From Paramoeba atlantica (taxonomy: Eukaryota; Protista; Discosea), in contig CDRNVI010000211.1 of NCBI GenBank assembly GCA_977017575.1, forward strand, positions 1 through 57,072: 57,072 nucleotides of DNA. The letters are read 5' to 3'. A program made the position numbers and the translations under genes. The notes below the pieces were generated by a model that did not search any database, was not told where the DNA came from, and saw nothing but the letters and a program-made list of their open reading frames with translations. This document shows, piece after piece, positions 56,816 through 57,072 of this stretch (positions are counted from its first letter, which is position 1; every line of letters begins with the position of its first letter).

Positions 56816-57072
56816 GGGCTCATGAACGTGCATGTACGGCATCTGCGTTAATTAGAATTTCGAGTGCACGTAAAAAAAATTAGTTTTTTGGGAGGTAAAA
56901 TTTTGCATTTTTCACAGTTTTTCTGATTTCTCCCTGATTAATGCTACAAAGATGGGGTTGTGGGCCATCACCCGAACACAAAGACTACGAAAGGGTTTAT
57001 TCTTCGCCTGGGCACGTAAAAGCAAGCTGGTGCATGGTTCTTGTTGCGGATTACGAAACAACACAATCTTTT

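Noticed and set aside
1-57072. Prokaryotic or viral origin of the window
   Set aside because: Low coding density, no operons or Shine-Dalgarno pattern, eukaryotic TE superfamilies and SL-like motifs. A eukaryotic nuclear origin fits best, and the exact taxon cannot be established from this sequence.

Overview
Eukaryotic, repeat-dense, apparently intronless region. It is most likely kinetoplastid or euglenozoan; this is an inference from two spliced-leader (SL)-like motifs, polypyrimidine-AG sites upstream of start codons, and strict co-orientation of host genes. The only recognisable host family is leucine-rich-repeat (LRR) proteins with a W..CxWxxVxC N-cap: 11 loci, all on the minus strand, in three subfamilies (A, B, C), 6 intact and 5 broken. 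They lie among nested, mostly decayed mobile DNA: Tc1/mariner (one intact DD32E element with TIRs and TA TSD), pogo, hAT, Merlin, a bacterial-type IS30 relic, fragments of APE-type, CRE-like and R2-like non-LTR retrotransposons, a possible YR-retroelement, and several MITE-like elements. Top leads: (1) ~500-bp SL-headed inserts breaking two LRR genes; (2) a covarying stem-loop-bulge RNA module in 10 copies at 3 loci; (3) an LRR repertoire with a hypervariable patch at the same position in all subfamilies; (4) an IS30 relic. All family calls come from motif reading by eye; no database search was run.
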